A stretch of DNA of 64,000 bases from Amphiscolops sp. MND2022. Its lineage: Eukaryota. This document shows, piece after piece, positions 59,943-64,000 of the stretch. The translations under genes and the position numbers were made by a program. The stretch spans positions 24,802,001-24,866,000 of the forward strand of contig OZ076409.1 in assembly GCA_964187785.1 (NCBI GenBank). The letters are read 5' to 3'. The notes below the pieces were generated by a model. It was not told the DNA's origin. It did no database searches and saw nothing but the letters and a program-made list of their open reading frames with translations. The first letter of the stretch is position 1. Each line of letters opens with the position of its first letter.

Positions 59943-60049
59943 AGAATAGAATAGAATAGAATAGAATAGAATAGAATAGAATAGAATAGAATAGAATAGA
60001 ATAGAATAGAAAAGAATAGAATAGAGTAGAATAGAATAGAATAGAATAG
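59943..60049. repeat. (AGAAT)n microsatellite
   Basis: About 21 near-perfect pentamer units. Confidence 0.97.
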
Positions 60050-61035
60050 TCAATTTAATTGGGTATTAAAAAAACAGCAATGTCATTAATGTATTTACAA
60101 AGATTACCCAATTAAGTGACAATTACAATTGCAATCGACAATTACCCAAACAAACGACGATTGAAAATCATCGTGAGCAGATATTTCAACTTTTCCAAGT
60201 TCATTCTCTCTCGTTATAATAAAAACTCTCTTCTCTGTAAAACTGTGTAATGTGACTCGTTTACTTCAGTTCAGCAAATAGATGCTTTTACAATGTTTCT
60301 TGTTTGCTGCGAGTCACGCCTTGTTTTAGTGCTATTGGTAAAACACGGAGTATGGATAAAATTCATGTATTTTGAAACTTTAACAATTTTGCCTTCAACT
60401 TGCAGTTGGGAGCGGATTCAAATTGGCACGTTCAAGGCTTAGATGGAGGATTAAACGCGTTCGCCTTTTATTGCTAGATGTAAAAAAGGCGACCATTTAC
60501 GGCGCCTTATACAGCTTTTGCCCGTTATTACGGCTTTGCGTCAGAGAGGGGTGCTCGAAAATTAATAGAACTAAAAATATTTGTGACTAAGTGATTTTAA
60601 CGCTCTTCCAATTAATTTTTGAATAGCCCTGGCGTCAGATATATTTACAAAAAGAGTAATGGATCAATACTTGATACATTCAGAGGTTTTAAAAAGAATG
60701 TGTGCTGCTTGCTTCATTGAGTATAACATATTTCCTACACGGTTGATTCAAATTTGGAAACTTCCCATGTAACTATTTCTGTAAAACATAAAACCAAGTT
60801 TCAGATGGCCCACGGAACTAAGTATCAATCGATTTCCCGCATACTGGAGTCAAGACGGTATACATATATGTATTCTGTGTTGACTTCTGTATGTGGAAAA
60901 ACTTCAATTTTGCACTTTCAGTCGTATTGGGAAAAACCCGACAAAACGCCATTCTTATAGTCAGTCTATTCTTAAACCTTATGCGGGTTTTTTGCAAGTG
61001 CTTCGCTGAGGCCTCCAGTAAATCTGATAAGCGTG

Positions 61036-64000
61036 TGTTGTAACATGATGATACTAATGATGATAAGTGAAGCTTAATCTATCAATTGATAAGAATCTAT
61101 CTGAACATTAATAACGGCAAGTGTAAAAAGAATAGATCGAGCTCCCTAGTGAACTTGAAGAAGTGGACAGCTACTACGCTGTCATTCCATATGAGTTGAT
61201 TAAACACTGTCACATCCCCCCTTTATCAAATTGAAGGATAATATAACTCAAAATGTAAAGCGTTAAATATAATAGCACCGTACTGTATAGTCAATTAGAA
61301 TGTTAGTTTAATGTTTCAAAGTAGACGGTAAGTTTCTCATAAGGGATCTCTTCTCCGTTCATTTCTGAATGCTCCTTCGATTGAGCCATTTTTTATTCCA
61401 TTTGTCAACGGTGTTACCTGTAACAATCAGAATTCTGATTTGTGAATCTCCTTTTTGCTGATTTTTGCGTTTTATGTAGTTGCTTTTTATGTAATCGGTA
61501 TTACCGTTTGGGTCAACCACTGTTATGACATCTGGGTTTTATTCCCTTATGGCTTCAAGTCCAGTAATTTTTCTTTCAGAGCTGGATTGCTGCATCTTTC
61601 ATCACGCTCTGCTGTTGCTGGATTGTGCATTGGAACTGTTTGTTGTTCCTCAAAGTCGAAAGACGTTCGCATGAGGTCGTCAACAGGCCATCTGGTCTAA
61701 TCCGGTTTTTCACCGTCTTGATTGCGGATTCAAATTTGTTGCTCTATATCCGAATTTTGACGTTATATCCGATTATCCCCCTTTTACTTGAGAGGAGGCC
61801 GAGGTTCGAATAAAAGCATTCCCATGTGGCCCCACACATTTTATCAGTTTGTTGATGTTAAATCCGAAATTGCGGTCTACCAAGGAGAAAGCGGTGGTTG
61901 CACTAAGCCGAAAATGTTTCGCTAATTCCAAATTTTGTTTTTTAAGGACATGCAATCTTTCAGTATTATGCACTTTTTTATACCTTGTTTTAAAACTCCC
62001 TTTTACTAAAAAGTAGAAACGAAAAATTTTGCCAGCATAGAGGAATCGTTAGGGTTTTCGGCACTATGCATTTCATCGAAGACATTTTCTCAAAAAAAAT
62101 CAGTTGTTTCATCTCAATTTTTGTTTTTTTTTAGGGGTTTTTGGTCAAGAAAACCGTTTTTCCAATTTTCTGGTAACCTCTGATTACTTTTTCAGTCCAC
62201 TGGGACAGATCAGTGTTTTCTATCTATTTCTGCAGAAGACCTAGGGCATTTTTTAACAATCTTAGACTTTTTGAAGCAGTTTTTTGGTTTAAAAAAGGTA
62301 TCCCTTCACTTTGTAAAAGCGTTTTGCGAAGTTAATGGATTTCTTTGGATTTTTGGCACTTTGATACTTTTATCGAAAAGCCCGAATTGCAAAATGACGT
62401 TTTTGTTGTTTGCCATTAGGGGAAAAGTTGTTTTCGAATCTCATGCTTATGCCTTCCGTTTTCGTTTTCTAGGTCTTGTAAAATTGAATAAAAAATCAAC
62501 AACGTCGTCCTTTCGCATCTTCAAAAAGTTACCTCTTTAGAACTTTGAGCGAGCGTCGACTTGGGGCATTCCCGGCTTGTTCTTCTTTACACTAGTCTGT
62601 TGTTGTATGAATATTTTGTGTTCCAAAAAGATATTTTTTGCTGGAATACTCACAACAATATCTAAATTCATGTAACTGCAACTGCCCGCAACGAAATTTT
62701 CAATGCAAAAATTCGTTCAAGGTCTGACGTGGCACCCAAACATGTTAAAGGTTAAAGACCTGTCAGAAATTAAACGGCAAAAAGCAGAAGACGCCGCCCG
62801 CGAAGAACGAGCACAAGAGACCGCTGTATAGACGTCTATTCCATCTGCAGAACACGGTATTGTGCCCATCCCTGGGAGATTAACGTTGCTTTCGTAGCAG
62901 AAACCAGTGTTCCCTATGCTTGCCTAAGAATTCCCACGGTGTCCTGTGTGGTGACTAGCGCTAGCGCTGGGAAGCCGAGGTCAATTTCCATCGAGTGACT
63001 CAAACTCTTGATTTTATAACGTTTTCCTTGCAGTAGATTGATATGCTCGAGAGCTGCCCTTAACATCTGTATTTGTTTACCTAATTTGGCGATTTTATCA
63101 GATTCTCCAAGACTATGGTTCAACCTTCTCTAGTTTTCAGCACCCTTTTTAGAGGCTAGTTGAGCAGTGGTCTTGAGTCATGCAAGATGCCTGTTACTTT
63201 TAGCAGTTACAGACTAGGACCAGGCCAGAGAGTTTCTTACAAGACGGTTCCCCCACCCTGGGACTGGCTCCTTCGGAGGGAAAATGAGCCAGGGCCGCGG
63301 AGATCTAGGTCCCGGATCCTATTCGCTGCTTTGGTTCCTCCATTCTAAGTTGCGGTTCAAGCGCCAGCGCCTATCGTTACATCACGTGTGGTATAAGTTG
63401 TGCCTTTCTTAATTCTGATCGTTTGTGGTCATGTTTTGGTCCATAACAACTTTAGTTGTAGCTTTCCTTGATGTTTCACAATGGCACGTCGCCGTCCAAC
63501 TACCAAAACGGTCTCTAGGGATTATTAACAAAATTCGGTGTCTCAAATCGTTTTGATCCGATCAAAGTCAATTGGAGTACTTGTTTCGGGTTTCTACAGG
63601 TAGTGAATAGTTTTTTTCTGTCATTAGTAATTGCGGTTTATTGCTCTCATTTTTTACAAGGTATGCAGTCTTCACACTTATGTTGTATATCTTTGTCTCA
63701 CTACGACCACGAAAGTGTCGTATAATTGTGTTTCCAGCATCTTTGATATTATATTACGGTCGTCATGGAATGCCACCTCAAATCGTGTGGAAGATTTCTT
63801 TATATGATGTCGGTATTTGCATGCATTTGTTTGGTGGTTTGGCGTTCTAGGACGACTAAAGTATTCAGTAGTTCAGCTTTGTTGGTCGCTCCGTGGCGAT
63901 CATTTTCAAGTCCGTTGAGAGTTGCTGCTAAGTTTGACCGACTGTTTCTTCCGAGTCCCACTTCGTATCGGACTGACAATGGTTCACCTTTCTCATTCAG
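61036..64000 (-). mobile_element. Third, highly degenerate gypsy element (3' LTR about 61036-61214), running off the window
   Basis: TG...CA segment followed by TCCCCCCTTT (minus-strand PPT). Frameshifted integrase zinc-domain remnants (KDIQHKCEDCIPCK) near 63640-63700. Confidence 0.6.
62000..62581 (+). mobile_element. Diverged HINE-like element
   Basis: TTTTCGGCACTATGC motif and terminal GCGTCGACTTGGGGCATTCCCGGCTTGTT. Left boundary approximate. Confidence 0.55.

Noticed and set aside
60050..60720. LINE body attached to the (AGAAT)n tract
   Set aside because: Too decayed to support by eye.
1..64000. Species assignment
   Set aside because: Gene content indicates an animal, probably an invertebrate, but naming a taxon needs a database search.

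Overview
AT-rich, intron-containing animal genomic DNA; the species cannot be determined from sequence alone. Four host genes are recognisable: the 3' part of POLR3E (+), ZMYND8 (+), PEX3 (+) and a p24/TMED cargo receptor (-). The first TMED intron is about 30.9 kb and is filled with LTR retrotransposons. The main feature is a 19.1-kb Ty3/gypsy element (37326-56466) with 2248-bp LTRs, an ATCGT target-site duplication, a gag that starts inside the LTR and a -1 gag-pol frameshift. Downstream of pol it carries a 9-exon antisense gene (~1060 codons) resembling a catalytically dead hAT transposase with a BED-type zinc finger. Its non-coding regions hold roughly 60 copies (counted by eye) of a GATG-N7-GATG direct repeat, many at about 60-bp spacing. 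Together these suggest an element-encoded DNA-binding protein and its own binding-site arrays; this link is inference. Also present are two degenerate minus-strand gypsy elements, many Helentron/DINE-1-like non-autonomous repeats, LINE fragments (one flanked by a 47-bp duplication), and a tightly packed POLR3E-ZMYND8 junction that looks operon-like. All gene models were built by eye from GT-AG sites and reading-frame phase.
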